Shown piece by piece: positions 48,591 through 61,931 of a stretch of 64,000 bases of DNA; positions within the stretch are counted from its first letter, which is position 1; each line of letters opens with the position of its first letter. A model generated the notes under the pieces. The model made no database searches. It was not told the origin of the DNA and saw only the letters and a program-made list of their open reading frames with translations. The stretch comes from Myxococcota bacterium (lineage in GTDB: Bacteria > Myxococcota_A > UBA9042 > PHBI01 > JAWLBL01). Both the position numbers and the translations under genes were made by a program. The stretch is taken from NCBI GenBank assembly GCA_041687695.1, contig JAWLBL010000008.1, positions 128,001 through 192,000 on the forward strand, read 5' to 3'.

Positions 48591-48959
48591 ATGCAAACGC
48601 GCTGCAGCACTCTCGTGGTCGCTTCGACGCTGCTCGTGATGGCGCTCGCCTTCGGCGCCTGTGACGAGGACCCGGACTTCATGCACTGCCCGCTGTCCAA
48701 CTCCATCATCGAGGTGTGCGAGCAGCAGGCGGGCGGCGCGGCCGTCTTCACCTGCGTCGTCGAGCAGCACCCGTTCTGCGTCGACGCCATCTGCGCCAGC
48801 TGGGAGGGCAGCGACCCGTTCTGCACGCGCGCCTGCGCCACGGACACGGACTGCCCCAGCGCGTCGACCTGCCGCGAGTACCTCGAGCTGCGCTTCTGCG
48901 TGCCGAGCTCGGCCCTGCCGGTCGAGCCGGCGGAAGAGGAGCCGCCCGTCGGGTCGTGA
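48591..48959 (+). CDS. small Cys-rich lipoprotein, possibly CglC/GltK-like
   Basis: AAGGA RBS, lipobox FGAC, C....C...FCTRAC....DC.....CR......FC pattern. Confidence 0.7.
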   Translation: MQTRCSTLVVASTLLVMALAFGACDEDPDFMHCPLSNSIIEVCEQQAGGAAVFTCVVEQHPFCVDAICASWEGSDPFCTRACATDTDCPSASTCREYLELRFCVPSSALPVEPAEEEPPVGS

Positions 48960-49138
48960 CGCGGGTCGGGCCGCGGCCTCGCCTCACGTGACTCAGGCTG
49001 CGCCTTCGCCTCGCGCGGGTCGGGCCGCGGCCTCGCCTCACGTGACTCAGGCTGCGCCTTCGCCTCACGCGACTCAGGCTGCGCCTTCGCCTCACGCGAC
49101 TCAGGCTGCGGCCTCGCCTCCCGGGGCTCAGGCCGCGG
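48957..49138. repeat. 27-bp tandem repeat (about 6-7 units) between convergent genes
   Basis: CGCCTC recurs at 48980, 49007, 49034, 49061, 49088 and 49115. Confidence 0.9.
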
Positions 49139-49505
49139 TTTCGAACGCGTTGCGGTACCAGCGCACGTCCCAGCGGAACCAGCCGAGCCGCGTGACGCCC
49201 ACCACGTCGAAGCGGACGGCCGCGGGCTTCCAGCGGCTCTGGGCGAGCCAGCGCTGGGCGAGGCGCGCCAGGCGTCGCTGCTTGTCGGGGCCGACCGTCT
49301 GCTCAGGCCCGCCCGCGAAGGGGCGCGCGCCCGCGGTGCGGACCTCGACCACGACCAGCACGTCGCCGTCGCGGGCCAGCAGATCCAGCTCGCCGGCCGC
49401 GCAGGTCCAGTTGCGCGCGATGATGCGCAGGCCCTGACGCCTGAGGAAGCGGGCGGCGCGGGCCTCGCCGCGGCGGCCCAGGGCGCGGCGGCGGTCGGCG
49501 CTCAC
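49128..49505 (-). CDS. yraN: YraN (UPF0102) family protein
   Basis: LG..GE..AA.FL...G..I..RNW...GELDL, VEVR, RFDVV; follows rnhB. Confidence 0.92.
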   Translation of the reverse strand: MSADRRRALGRRGEARAARFLRRQGLRIIARNWTCAAGELDLLARDGDVLVVVEVRTAGARPFAGGPEQTVGPDKQRRLARLAQRWLAQSRWKPAAVRFDVVGVTRLGWFRWDVRWYRNAFETAA

Positions 49506-50188
49506 GTCGGGGCGGGCTCGGGCCGGGCGGCGGGCGTCGGCCACTTGAACGAGCGCCGGTGGATGGGGCAGGGCCCCAGCCGCGCCAGCGCCTCGATGTG
49601 CTGCGGCGTCGGATAGCCCTTGTGGCTGTCGAAGCCGTAGCCCGGCCAGCGCCGGTGATAACCCAGCATCAGGCGATCGCGGGTGACCTTGGCCAGGATG
49701 GACGCCGCCGCGATGTTCATCGACCGCGCGTCGCCCTGCACCAGGGGGCGCTGCTCGACCCGAGAGGGGAGCGGCGCGCGCTGGTTGCCGTCGACGAGGA
49801 CCAGGGCGTCCTTCAGCTCGGGCCGGCCTCGGGTGGCCTTGCGCCAGGCGTTGGCCATGGCGCTCAGGGAGGCTTGGAGGATGTTGATCCGGTCGATCTC
49901 CTCGGCCGGCTCGTCGGCGATGCCGTAGGCCAGGGCGTGTCGCTGGATCTCAGCGAACAGCGCCTCGCGCACCTCGGCCTTGAGGCGCTTGGAGTCGTCC
50001 AGGCCCTCGATCGGGCAGGGCCAGGGCAGGGCGACGGCGGCGGCTACGACGGGGCCGGCCAGCGGACCGCGGCCAGCCTCGTCGAGGCCTACGAGGGCAC
50101 CATACCCGGCGTCGAGCGCCCAGCGTTCGACCTCTCCGCACCGGGGCCCGTGATCGAGCCCGAGATCGGAGAGGAGATCGCCGGCCAC
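49502..50188 (-). CDS. rnhB: ribonuclease HII
   Basis: GLDEAGRGPLAGPV, DDSK, VDGN, IAAASILAKVTRD, HKGYPT, HRRSF. Confidence 0.96.
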   Translation of the reverse strand: MAGDLLSDLGLDHGPRCGEVERWALDAGYGALVGLDEAGRGPLAGPVVAAAVALPWPCPIEGLDDSKRLKAEVREALFAEIQRHALAYGIADEPAEEIDRINILQASLSAMANAWRKATRGRPELKDALVLVDGNQRAPLPSRVEQRPLVQGDARSMNIAAASILAKVTRDRLMLGYHRRWPGYGFDSHKGYPTPQHIEALARLGPCPIHRRSFKWPTPAARPEPAPT

Positions 50189-50192
50189 GGCG

Positions 50193-50573
50193 CTACGAGG
50201 CGGAGACCGCGGCGCCGCGCACGTCGCGCAGGGCCTTGATGCGGGCGGCCTTGCCGCGGCGCGTGCGCAGGTAGAAGAGCTTGCCACGGCGGACGCGGCC
50301 GCGCTCCTTGACCTCGATCTGCTCGAGGCGGGGGCTGTGGAGCGGGAAGACGCGCTCGACGCCGACGTTGTACGAGACCTTGCGGACCGTGAACGAGGAG
50401 CGCAGGCCGTCGTTGTGGCGGGCGATGCAGACGCCCTCGTAGACCTGAACGCGCTCCTTCTCGCCCTCGCGGATGCGGACGTGCACGCGCAGGGTGTCGC
50501 CCGGGCGGAAGTCCGGGAGATCCTGGCGCATGTTGAGCTGGTCGAGCTGGGCGATGATGTTGGGGCCGCTCAT
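50193..50573 (-). CDS. rplS: 50S ribosomal protein L19
   Basis: [34 protein letters not shown]. Confidence 0.98.
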   Translation of the reverse strand: MSGPNIIAQLDQLNMRQDLPDFRPGDTLRVHVRIREGEKERVQVYEGVCIARHNDGLRSSFTVRKVSYNVGVERVFPLHSPRLEQIEVKERGRVRRGKLFYLRTRRGKAARIKALRDVRGAAVSAS

Positions 50574-50592
50574 GGGAACCTCGAACCTCGTG

Positions 50593-51159
50593 TCACCGGT
50601 CGCCCAGCAGCCGATCGAGGACGATCGAGACCGCGGAGCGCACCGACAGGTGATTGTAGCTGTCTCTCCCGGGCACCGCGCGCAGGCCGGGGAGGCGGAG
50701 GTCGCAGCGTGCGACCAGGGAGTCTGTGATGCCCCATCCCGTCCCGAACAGGATGAGGGCGGCGCCGTCTTCGTCGATGAGCCGCGCCCGGAGCGCGTCG
50801 TAGCTGATGGTGTCGTCCTTGAACGCGGCGCCGGTCACCACCGTCAGCGGCCGGTGGCCGGTCTGGGCGGAGATGGCCTCGAGGGCGTGGTCGACGTCGG
50901 GGGCGACGCGGACGCGCTCGAAGGCGCGCGCTCGGACGGGGTTGAAGGCCTTGCCTTCGCCCTCTTGCCAGTGGGACACGATGCGCTCGACGAGCGAGCG
51001 TTGCTGCGCGATCGGCGTCACCACGAAGTAGCCCCGGACGTCGTAGGTCCGGGCGGTCCGGGCGAGATCATGGATGTCAAGGTTGGTGACCGCGGTGGCC
51101 ACCGTCTCACCCGCCCGGTTACGGACCGGGTGATGAATGAGGGCGATATAGATATCCAT
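50593..51159 (-). CDS. SPOUT-family RNA methyltransferase (standalone, trmD-associated)
   Basis: [42 protein letters not shown]. Confidence 0.9.
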   Translation of the reverse strand: MDIYIALIHHPVRNRAGETVATAVTNLDIHDLARTARTYDVRGYFVVTPIAQQRSLVERIVSHWQEGEGKAFNPVRARAFERVRVAPDVDHALEAISAQTGHRPLTVVTGAAFKDDTISYDALRARLIDEDGAALILFGTGWGITDSLVARCDLRLPGLRAVPGRDSYNHLSVRSAVSIVLDRLLGDR

Positions 51160-51172
51160 TCGCGCCCCGGGA

Positions 51173-51922
51173 TCAAGCTCTTTGTGGGTTGCGGTCGTCC
51201 GCGTCCGGTGGATCCGACGCCGGATCGGGCCCGAGCAGGTCCGGGCGGCGGGCGCGGGTGCGGACGAGGCGCTGGTCGCGGCGCCAGCGTTCGATGGCTG
51301 CGTGGTGGCCGCTGAGGAGGATCTCGGGGACCGGGTGACCGCGCCAGATCCGCGGTCGCGTGTACTGGGGGTGCTCGAGCAGGGCCTCGCCGGTGAAGCT
51401 CTCCTCGCCGGGGCCGGCCTCGTTGCCGAGCACGCCCGGGATGAGGCGGCTCACCGCGTCGATGACGATCATCGCGGCCAGCTCGCCGCCGGTGAGGACG
51501 AAGTCTCCGATGGACAGCTCCTCGTCGACGACGTGCTCGGCGACGCGCTCGTCGACGCCCTCGTAGCGGCCACAGACCAGGGCCAGGCTGCCCAGGGCCG
51601 CGTACTCGGCCGCGACGCGCTGGTCGAAGCGCCGCCCGGCGGGCGACAGCAGGACCACCCGGGCGGGCGCGCGCGCGGCGCGGACGTGCTCGACGGCCCG
51701 GGCGAGGGGCTCGGGCTTCATCACCATGCCCGCGCCGCCGCCGAAGGGCGTGTCGTCGACCGTCTTGTGGCGGTCCTCGGAGAAGTCGCGCGGGTTGGTG
51801 TAGGCCACGTCGACCAGGCCCGCCTCGGCCGCGCGGCCCAGGATACTGCCGCCCAGGTAGGGGGCGACCAGCTCGGGGAACAGCGTCACGACGTCGAAGC
51901 GGAACGGGGAGGGCGCGGTCAC
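51173..51922 (-). CDS. trmD: tRNA (guanine-37-N1)-methyltransferase
   Basis: [50 protein letters not shown]. Confidence 0.97.
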   Translation of the reverse strand: MTAPSPFRFDVVTLFPELVAPYLGGSILGRAAEAGLVDVAYTNPRDFSEDRHKTVDDTPFGGGAGMVMKPEPLARAVEHVRAARAPARVVLLSPAGRRFDQRVAAEYAALGSLALVCGRYEGVDERVAEHVVDEELSIGDFVLTGGELAAMIVIDAVSRLIPGVLGNEAGPGEESFTGEALLEHPQYTRPRIWRGHPVPEILLSGHHAAIERWRRDQRLVRTRARRPDLLGPDPASDPPDADDRNPQRA

Positions 51923-52470
51923 GGCAGCAGGCCCTCGAGCGGATCGATGACGATGCGCCGGCCCGGCCGATCGATGCGCTTGACCACGTCGGCGACGAGC
52001 GGGAGGTAGAAGGTCTCTCCGCCGCCCTCGGGCCGCACCTCGAGGAGGTCCTGGGTCACCTGGATGACGGCGACGACAGAGCCGACGCGGTCGCCCGCCT
52101 CGGTCTCGACGGCCCAGCCGGGGACCTCGTGGAAGTAGATCTCGTCGTCCTCGGGCGGGGCGAGCGCCTCGACCGGGACCGCGACGTGCAGCCCGCAGAG
52201 CGCCTCGGCGGCCTCGCGCGAGTCGACGCCGCGCAGGACCACCAGCGTCCGGCCCTTGGGCGCGGGGCGCAGGCGGTCGATGATGACGTGGCGGCTCGGA
52301 TCGCCGTCCACGACGTCTCCCTGCGCCGACGCGGCGTCCGGCTCGGCCGCAAAGACGGCGAGCTCGCTGCCGCGGCGCCACACGGGCGACGCCTCGTTGT
52401 AGCGATGCAGCAGCAGCTCGCCGCGCAGGCCGTGGGGCCGGATGAGCTTACCGAGGACGATGAAAGGCAT
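51919..52470 (-). CDS. rimM: 16S rRNA processing protein RimM
   Basis: [22 protein letters not shown]-barrel C-terminus, operon position; start may be 52512. Confidence 0.9.
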   Translation of the reverse strand: MPFIVLGKLIRPHGLRGELLLHRYNEASPVWRRGSELAVFAAEPDAASAQGDVVDGDPSRHVIIDRLRPAPKGRTLVVLRGVDSREAAEALCGLHVAVPVEALAPPEDDEIYFHEVPGWAVETEAGDRVGSVVAVIQVTQDLLEVRPEGGGETFYLPLVADVVKRIDRPGRRIVIDPLEGLLP

Positions 52471-52538
52471 GGCGAGGCCGTGCGGGCGCGGGACGAACGT
52501 GAGATCGGCCACGCCCGCCAGGGCGGCGGGCTGCGGGC

Positions 52539-52769
52539 CTACTCGAGGATCTCGAGCTGGGCGCGGCGACCGGTCTTCGAGGCCGCCGCGCGGACGACGG
52601 CCCGGAGGGCGCGGGCCGTGCGGCCCTGACGCCCGATGACCTTGCCGAGATCGTCTTGCGCGACGCTGAGCTCGTAGACGTCCGCATCGTCACCCGCGTT
52701 GCGGTTGACCTGGACGTCGTCGGGGCTGTCGACGAGCGCGCGAGCGAGATAGCTGATGAGCTCTTCCAT
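52539..52769 (-). CDS. khpA: KH-domain RNA-binding protein KhpA
   Basis: DLGKVIGRQGRTA; lies between rpsP and rimM. Confidence 0.93.
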   Translation of the reverse strand: MEELISYLARALVDSPDDVQVNRNAGDDADVYELSVAQDDLGKVIGRQGRTARALRAVVRAAASKTGRRAQLEILE

Positions 52770-52787
52770 GGGGGTCCCCCCGAAGGA

Positions 52788-53129
52788 CTACTCGGCGGCG
52801 GGCGGCGCCGCCGGCGTGGCCGGAGCGGCCGCAGCGGCGGGAGCCACCGCGGGAGCGCGGCGCTGGGTGGTCGCAGGCGCGGTGTCCTCGCCAGCCATGT
52901 ACTTGGTGAGCAGGTTGGCGACCGTCACGGTCGGGTTCGCCCCCTGATCGAGCCAGTGCTGGATGCGGTCGCGCTTGAGGCGGACGGCGGGCGGGTTGGC
53001 GTTCGGATCATAGGTGCCGACCAGCTCGAGGAAGCGCCCGTCGCGCCGCGCGGCGTCGTTGGCGGCCACGATGCGGTAATAGGGGCGCTTCTTCGCGCCA
53101 TGGCGGGCGAGGCGCAGCTTGACTGCCAT
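52788..53129 (-). CDS. rpsP: 30S ribosomal protein S16 with Ala/Pro tail
   Basis: [31 protein letters not shown]. Confidence 0.98.
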   Translation of the reverse strand: MAVKLRLARHGAKKRPYYRIVAANDAARRDGRFLELVGTYDPNANPPAVRLKRDRIQHWLDQGANPTVTVANLLTKYMAGEDTAPATTQRRAPAVAPAAAAAPATPAAPPAAE

Positions 53130-53201
53130 GAGCTTCTCCTAGGGCGCGCGGGGGTGGGCCATCGCGTCGGCCGGAACGGTCGTCCCCGCGTAGGGGCGAG
53201 G

Positions 53202-53230
53202 AAGCTAGACGCGTGCCCCCGGCCTGTCAA
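53202..53230 (-). promoter_or_regulatory. sigma70-type promoter for the rpsP operon (TTGACA-17-TAGCTT)
   Basis: Minus-strand hexamers; the -35 overlaps the selA stop codon. Confidence 0.65.
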
Positions 53231-54618
53231 GCGTCCATCGCTTCGTCGGGCGCGTCGGGCCCCGCGGCGGCGGTCGCGCGGACCGCCTGCTCGACGAGGA
53301 GCTCGTCGCCGGGCAGGAGCGTGCGGACGTGGAGCCAGACGGCGTCGTCGCGGACGACGGCCACGACGGGCACCTGCGCCGCGCGGAGGCGATCGGCGAA
53401 GGCGCCGGGGGAGGGGACCTGCAGGGCGACGGCGGCGCCAGGGAGCGTCGTCTCGGGGAGGCTGCCGCCGCCGATGGGGTCGTCGGAGGGGGCGACGCGG
53501 GTGGACACGCCGGCCGCGGCGAGGCGCGCGGCGAGGGCTTCGGCGCGGGCGGTGAGGGCGTCGGCGGTGGCGTTGAGCATCGCCGAGACGGGGACGTCGT
53601 CGGGGCGGCCGGCGCGGTAGGCGAGCAGGACGTGCTCGAGGGCGGCGAGGGTGAGCTTGTCGGCGCGGAAGGCGCGGGCGAGCGGGTGGCGGGCGAGGCG
53701 ATCGACCAGGTCGCGGCGGCCGAGGACGACGCCGGCCTGGGGCCCGCCGAGCAGCTTGTCGCCGCTGAAGCAGACGAGATCGGCGCCGGCGGACAGGGCG
53801 CGACGCGGGTCGGCGTCGGCGAGGAGGTCGGGGCCGAGGGCGGCGGGGAGGGGGCCGAGGGCGGCGCTGCCGAGGTCGTGCAGGAGCGGCAGGCCGCGAT
53901 CGTGGGCGAGGGCGGCCAGATCGGCGTCGCTCGGCCGGGCGACGAAGCCGACGACGCGGAAGTTGCTGGGGTGGACGCGCAGGACGGCCGCGGTGTCGGG
54001 GCCGATGGCGCGGGCGTAGTCGTGCAGGTGCGTCTTGTTGGTGGTGCCGACCTCGCGCAGGCGCGCGCCGGAGGCCTCCATGATGTCGGGGACGCGGAAG
54101 CTGCCGCCGATCTCGACCAGCTCGCCGCGGCTGATGACGACCTCGCGGCCGGCCGCGAGCGCGGTGAGCATCAGGACGACCGCGGCGGCGTTGTTGTTGA
54201 CGACCAGGGCGGCCTCGGCGCCGGTCATGGCCTCGAGCAGCGGGCCGGCGAGGGCGCGGCGGGAGCCCCGGCGGCCGGTGGCCAGGTCGAGCTCGAGGTT
54301 GCAGTAGCCGAGGGCCTCGTCGAGGGCGCCGGGCGGCAGGGGGGCGCGGCCGAGGTTGGTGTGGATGACGACGCCGGTCGCGTTGACGGCGCGGCGCAGG
54401 CGGGGGGAGAGCCACTCGCGCAGGCGTCGGGCTGCGAGGGCGGCGAGGGCGTCGTGAGGGGGGGCAGCGGCTCCGTCGGCGATGGCGGCGCGGGCTTCGG
54501 CGAGGACCGCGCGGGCGGCGTCGACGCGTAGCGCGTGGGGCGCGCCGGTGGCGACGAGCGCCGGGGCGTCGGTGAGCGCATGGGCGGGTGGCAGGGATCG
54601 GAAGGCGGAGGTGCTCAC
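53227..54618 (-). CDS. selA: L-seryl-tRNA(Sec) selenium transferase
   Basis: NATGVVIHTNLGRA, VVNNNAAAV, SRGELVEIGGSFR, EVGTTN, FSGDKLLGGPQ. Confidence 0.97.
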   Translation of the reverse strand: MSTSAFRSLPPAHALTDAPALVATGAPHALRVDAARAVLAEARAAIADGAAAPPHDALAALAARRLREWLSPRLRRAVNATGVVIHTNLGRAPLPPGALDEALGYCNLELDLATGRRGSRRALAGPLLEAMTGAEAALVVNNNAAAVVLMLTALAAGREVVISRGELVEIGGSFRVPDIMEASGARLREVGTTNKTHLHDYARAIGPDTAAVLRVHPSNFRVVGFVARPSDADLAALAHDRGLPLLHDLGSAALGPLPAALGPDLLADADPRRALSAGADLVCFSGDKLLGGPQAGVVLGRRDLVDRLARHPLARAFRADKLTLAALEHVLLAYRAGRPDDVPVSAMLNATADALTARAEALAARLAAAGVSTRVAPSDDPIGGGSLPETTLPGAAVALQVPSPGAFADRLRAAQVPVVAVVRDDAVWLHVRTLLPGDELLVEQAVRATAAAGPDAPDEAMDA

Positions 54619-54908
54619 GGGCGGGCACCATAGCAGCGGTCGCGGGGGCGCGCGACTACGACCGGTGGGGGCGGGCGGCCGTCTCCCCGGCGACGCGGGG
54701 GAGCGTGCGGGGGTGGCGGGCGGAATATCCGGACGGGCGACAGGCTTTGGTTGCGAAATCCAAACGGGGCGGGGTAAAAGCGCGGCCTTCGGGCCTCAAC
54801 ACCTGTCCCTCCTGAGGACGGATCGCAGCACGGGCGGCGGGGACGCGCCGTGCCTCCGACCACCGGGCGGCGGGCTCGCTTCGCCGCGGCCAGAGGAAGT
54901 GACCTTCG

Positions 54909-56519
54909 ATGAAGAAGACCACGCGTTTCAAGCAGATGCTCCAGAGCAAGGACCTCGAGTTCATTTGCGAGGCCCACAACGGGCTGTCCGCAAAGATCGT
55001 CGAGGAGGCCGGATTCAAGGGCATCTGGGGCAGCGGCCTGTCCATCTCGGCCGCCATGGGCGTCCGCGACAACAACGAGGCCTCGTGGACCCAGGTCCTC
55101 GAGGTGCTCGAGTTCATGGCCGACAACACCAGCGTGCCCATTCTGCTCGACGGTGACACCGGCTACGGCAACTTCAACAACATGCGCCGGCTCGTGCAGA
55201 AGCTCGAGCAGCGCAACGTCGCCGCCGTCTGCATCGAGGACAAGGTCTTCCCGAAGACCAACTCGTTCATCAAGGGCGAGGCGCAGCCGCTGGCCGACGT
55301 CGACGAGTTCTGCGGCAAGATCAAGGCCGGCAAGGACGCGCAGTCGGACGACGACTTCTGCATCGTGGCCCGCGTCGAGGCGCTCATCGCCGGCTGGGGC
55401 ATGGACGAGGCGCTCAAGCGCGCCGAGGCCTACCGCCAGGCGGGCGCCGACGCCATCCTGATGCACTCGAAGATCGCCTCGCCCAAGGAGATCTTCGCGT
55501 TCATGAAGGAGTGGGGCGACCGGCACCCCATCGTCATCGTGCCGACGATGTACTACGCGACGCCGACCGACGACTTCCGCGCGCACGGCGTCAGCATGGT
55601 CATCTGGGCCAACCAGATCCTGCGCACCGCCATCAAGGCGATGCAGGGCATGGCGACCTACCTCGTCGAGCACCAGACCCTGGCGCACGTCGAGGAGGAT
55701 CTGCCGACGGTCGCCGAGATCTTCCGCCTGCAGGGCATGGAAGAGTACTCGAAGTGGGAGAAGGCCTACCTGCCCAAGAGCACCCGGTCGGCGCGCGGCA
55801 TCCTGCTCGCGGCGTCGAAGGGGACCAACTTCGGCCGCCTGACCGAAGAGACGCCCAAGGCGATGCTCGAGGTCGAGGGCAAGCCGGTCCTGGCGTGGGC
55901 GACCAAGGCGATCAAGGAGTCGGGCGTGCGCGACCTCGCGGTCGTCACCGGCTACAAGCCCGAGGCCTTCACCATCCCGAACGTGAAGTACTTCAACAAC
56001 CCCGAGTGGGAGACGACCGGCGAGGTCGGCTCGCTGCTCGCGGCGAAGGCGCACCTGGTCGGGCCGGTCCTGGTCGGCTACGGCGACGTGGTCAGCCGCA
56101 AGTACGTCATCGAGAACCTGGTCCGGTCGACGGCCGACCTGACGGTCGTGGTCGACTACGCCGAGCGCAAGGGCCGCAGCCGCAAGTCGGTCGACTACGC
56201 GGTGGTCACGCCCGACCGCGTCGAGGGCATCAAGGAGGTCGACTACCAGCTGCAGCGCATCGACTCGGCCCTCGAGGCCTCGAGCGCTTCGGGTGAGTGG
56301 ACCGGCCTGCTGTGGGCCAGCGAGGACGGCGCCAAGGTGCTGGTCAAGGCGCTGGACGACCTGGTCGCGAGCGGCGTCGAGGTCGCCAAGTGGAGCCTGC
56401 CGCAGCTCATCAACCACGTCGTCGAGACGGGGGCGGCGAGCGTCGCGGTCCAGTACATCCACGACAACTGGCTGGACATCGACGACATCAAGGACCTGTC
56501 GGACCTCTACAAGTTTTAG
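54909..56519 (+). CDS. pepM: phosphoenolpyruvate mutase fused to a C-terminal nucleotidyltransferase domain
   Basis: [15 protein letters not shown], PepM-diagnostic [10 protein letters not shown] (EDKX5NS), WAN; C-terminal ILLAAS.G...PKAML.V.GKP, YGDV, W.DID. Confidence 0.95.
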   Translation: MKKTTRFKQMLQSKDLEFICEAHNGLSAKIVEEAGFKGIWGSGLSISAAMGVRDNNEASWTQVLEVLEFMADNTSVPILLDGDTGYGNFNNMRRLVQKLEQRNVAAVCIEDKVFPKTNSFIKGEAQPLADVDEFCGKIKAGKDAQSDDDFCIVARVEALIAGWGMDEALKRAEAYRQAGADAILMHSKIASPKEIFAFMKEWGDRHPIVIVPTMYYATPTDDFRAHGVSMVIWANQILRTAIKAMQGMATYLVEHQTLAHVEEDLPTVAEIFRLQGMEEYSKWEKAYLPKSTRSARGILLAASKGTNFGRLTEETPKAMLEVEGKPVLAWATKAIKESGVRDLAVVTGYKPEAFTIPNVKYFNNPEWETTGEVGSLLAAKAHLVGPVLVGYGDVVSRKYVIENLVRSTADLTVVVDYAERKGRSRKSVDYAVVTPDRVEGIKEVDYQLQRIDSALEASSASGEWTGLLWASEDGAKVLVKALDDLVASGVEVAKWSLPQLINHVVETGAASVAVQYIHDNWLDIDDIKDLSDLYKF

Positions 56520-56525
56520 TGGTCC

Positions 56526-57515
56526 ATGGTCTCGAGTGAGCGCTGGACGGTGGCCGCCCACGAGGCGGGCCACCGTCTGGACACCTGGGTCAGCGAGCGC
56601 CTGCCCGGCACCAGCCGCAGCCAGGTCTCGCGCGCGCTGACCGAGGGGCGGCTCACGGTCAACGAGGTGGCCGGCCTGAAGGCGGGTCACCGGCTGAAGG
56701 CGGGGGACGTCGTCGCGTGGGCGGCGGCCGAGCCCGCCGAGCGCCACCTGACCGCGCAGGACATCCCCCTTCCGGTCGTCTACGAGGACGCCTGGGTGGC
56801 GGTGGTCGACAAGCCCGCCGGCCTGGTCGTCCATCCCGGCGCGGGGCACGCGGACGGCACCCTGGTCCACGCGCTGCTGCACCACCTGGACGAGCTGAGC
56901 GAGGTGGGCGGCGCCGAGCGGCCCGGCCTGGTCCACCGCATCGACCGCGACACGTCGGGGCTGCTGGTCGTCGCCAAGGACGACGCCACGCACCGGGCGC
57001 TGCAGACGCAGTTCGCGGCGCACGACGTGCACCGGCGCTATCTGGCGGTGGTCGTCGGGCCGCGGCTGGCTGACGAGGGCACCATCGAGACGTCCTTCGG
57101 GCGGAACCCGCGCGACCGAAAGAAGATGACCGGGCGGGTCGACGAGGGGCGGAGGGCCTGTACGCACTGGCGGGTCGTCGCGCGGGGCGAGGCGCTGGCG
57201 CTGTTGGTCCTACGCCTGGAGACGGGGCGGACCCATCAGATCCGGGTGCACCTGAGCGAGGCAGGGCACCCCATCGTGGGCGACACGCTGTATGGACGTC
57301 CGGTGCCCAGAGGTGGCGGTGGACGCGCCGCCGTCGAGCTGGCCGCCGCGCGGCGCATGCCGAGGCAGGCGCTGCACGCGGCGGCGCTGGGCTTCACGCA
57401 TCCGGGCACGAACCAGCAGATGCGCTGGACCGCGCCGCCGCCGCCCGACTTCACTCAGCTGGTCGAGGCCGCGTTCGGGGCCGAGGTCCTGGCGGACGCC
57501 CTGCGAACCCTGTGA
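56526..57515 (+). CDS. rluD: RluA/RluD family pseudouridine synthase with S4 domain
   Basis: DKPAGLVVHP, VHRIDRDTSG, LETGRTHQIRVH, QALHA. Confidence 0.93.
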   Translation: MVSSERWTVAAHEAGHRLDTWVSERLPGTSRSQVSRALTEGRLTVNEVAGLKAGHRLKAGDVVAWAAAEPAERHLTAQDIPLPVVYEDAWVAVVDKPAGLVVHPGAGHADGTLVHALLHHLDELSEVGGAERPGLVHRIDRDTSGLLVVAKDDATHRALQTQFAAHDVHRRYLAVVVGPRLADEGTIETSFGRNPRDRKKMTGRVDEGRRACTHWRVVARGEALALLVLRLETGRTHQIRVHLSEAGHPIVGDTLYGRPVPRGGGGRAAVELAAARRMPRQALHAAALGFTHPGTNQQMRWTAPPPPDFTQLVEAAFGAEVLADALRTL

Positions 57516-57557
57516 GCCGCGGAGGCCCGCTCGGGGCCCCCGCGCGGTCGTAGAGGC

Positions 57558-60809
<3,252 letters not shown>

Positions 60810-61043
60810 GGTGTCCTCTTGGCGTCGGCGTTGGGCTGCCTGGCGCGGGTCCCCCCTCGCGCGCGGCGGCGTCTCACCGAGTGAGCAACGATCGTACCAT
60901 GCGGCGCCACTCGGGTGGAATGACCGCCGATGATTGGCGCCCCGCGGCGCCGCGTCCAGATCGGTGCGCAAGACTTGCGCAGTCGATCGTCACGGGGTGC
61001 GCAGGGGCCGCTGTGACCAGCTCGGCCGAGGAGCGACGCCCGA

Positions 61044-61913
61044 TCAGCCGGGCGTCAGCTCGCGGTTGTCGATGAGGCGCACCGAGCCGAAGTGGGCGGC
61101 CACGGCCAGCACCGCCGGCACGTCCACGACGGTCAGCGGCGTCAGGCGCGCCGAGTCGACCAGCTCGACGTAGTCGACGCGGCCTCCCGCGGCCTCGACG
61201 CGTTCGCGTATGCCCTGGCGGAGGGCTTCGGCGTCGCGCTCGCCCTCCGCCAGCCGGCGCTGGGCCTCCTCGAGCGCGCGCGGGATGGCGACGGCGCGCT
61301 GGCGCTCGTCGGGGCTCAGCCGGACGTTGCGCGAGCTCATCGCCAGCCCGTCCGCCTCGCGCACGATCGGCATCGGGACGATCTCGACCGGGACGTCGAG
61401 GTCCCGCACCATGCGCTCGATGACCCGCAGCTGCTGGAAGTCCTTGCGGCCGAAGACCGCGACGTCCGGCTCGACGATGTTGAAGAGCTTGGCCACCACG
61501 GTCGCGACGCCGCGGAAGAAGATGGGCCGGCTCTGGCCGCACAGCGGCAGCGACAGGTGCTCGACGGTGATCCACGTCTCGTGGGGCGGCGCCCCGTCCC
61601 GCCCGCGCTCGTACAGGTCGTCCGGCGCGAAGACGACCGCGCAGCCGCGGGCGCGCAGCTTGGCGAGATCGCCCGCCTCGTCGCGGGGGTAGACGCCGAA
61701 GTCCTCGTGGGGCGCGAACTGCGTGGGGTTGACGTAGATCGACGCGACCACGACATCACAGCGCTCGCGGGCCGCGTCGACCAGCGACAGGTGCCCGTCG
61801 TGCAGGTAGCCCATCGTCGGCACGAAGCCGACGCGGCGCCCGGCGGCGCGTTGAGCGCGCGACCAGGCGCGCATCGCGTGGCGGTCGCGGAGGACCTGCA
61901 GGCCGTCGTGCAT
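61044..61913 (-). CDS. panC: pantoate--beta-alanine ligase
   Basis: FVPTMGYLHDGH, VNPTQF, FGRKDFQQ, DGLAMSSRN, RLIDN. Confidence 0.97.
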   Translation of the reverse strand: MHDGLQVLRDRHAMRAWSRAQRAAGRRVGFVPTMGYLHDGHLSLVDAARERCDVVVASIYVNPTQFAPHEDFGVYPRDEAGDLAKLRARGCAVVFAPDDLYERGRDGAPPHETWITVEHLSLPLCGQSRPIFFRGVATVVAKLFNIVEPDVAVFGRKDFQQLRVIERMVRDLDVPVEIVPMPIVREADGLAMSSRNVRLSPDERQRAVAIPRALEEAQRRLAEGERDAEALRQGIRERVEAAGGRVDYVELVDSARLTPLTVVDVPAVLAVAAHFGSVRLIDNRELTPG

Positions 61914-61931
61914 CGGGGGATCCCTATCCGA

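Noticed and set aside
53227..54908. tRNA-Sec (selC), selB/selD or a UGA-readthrough selenoprotein near selA
   Set aside because: No cloverleaf or such genes recognised, and no gene appears interrupted at a TGA; not tested computationally.
54909..55780. Isocitrate lyase / methylisocitrate lyase annotation
   Set aside because: Has the PepM EDKX5NS motif and lacks the KxCGH motif of the lyases.
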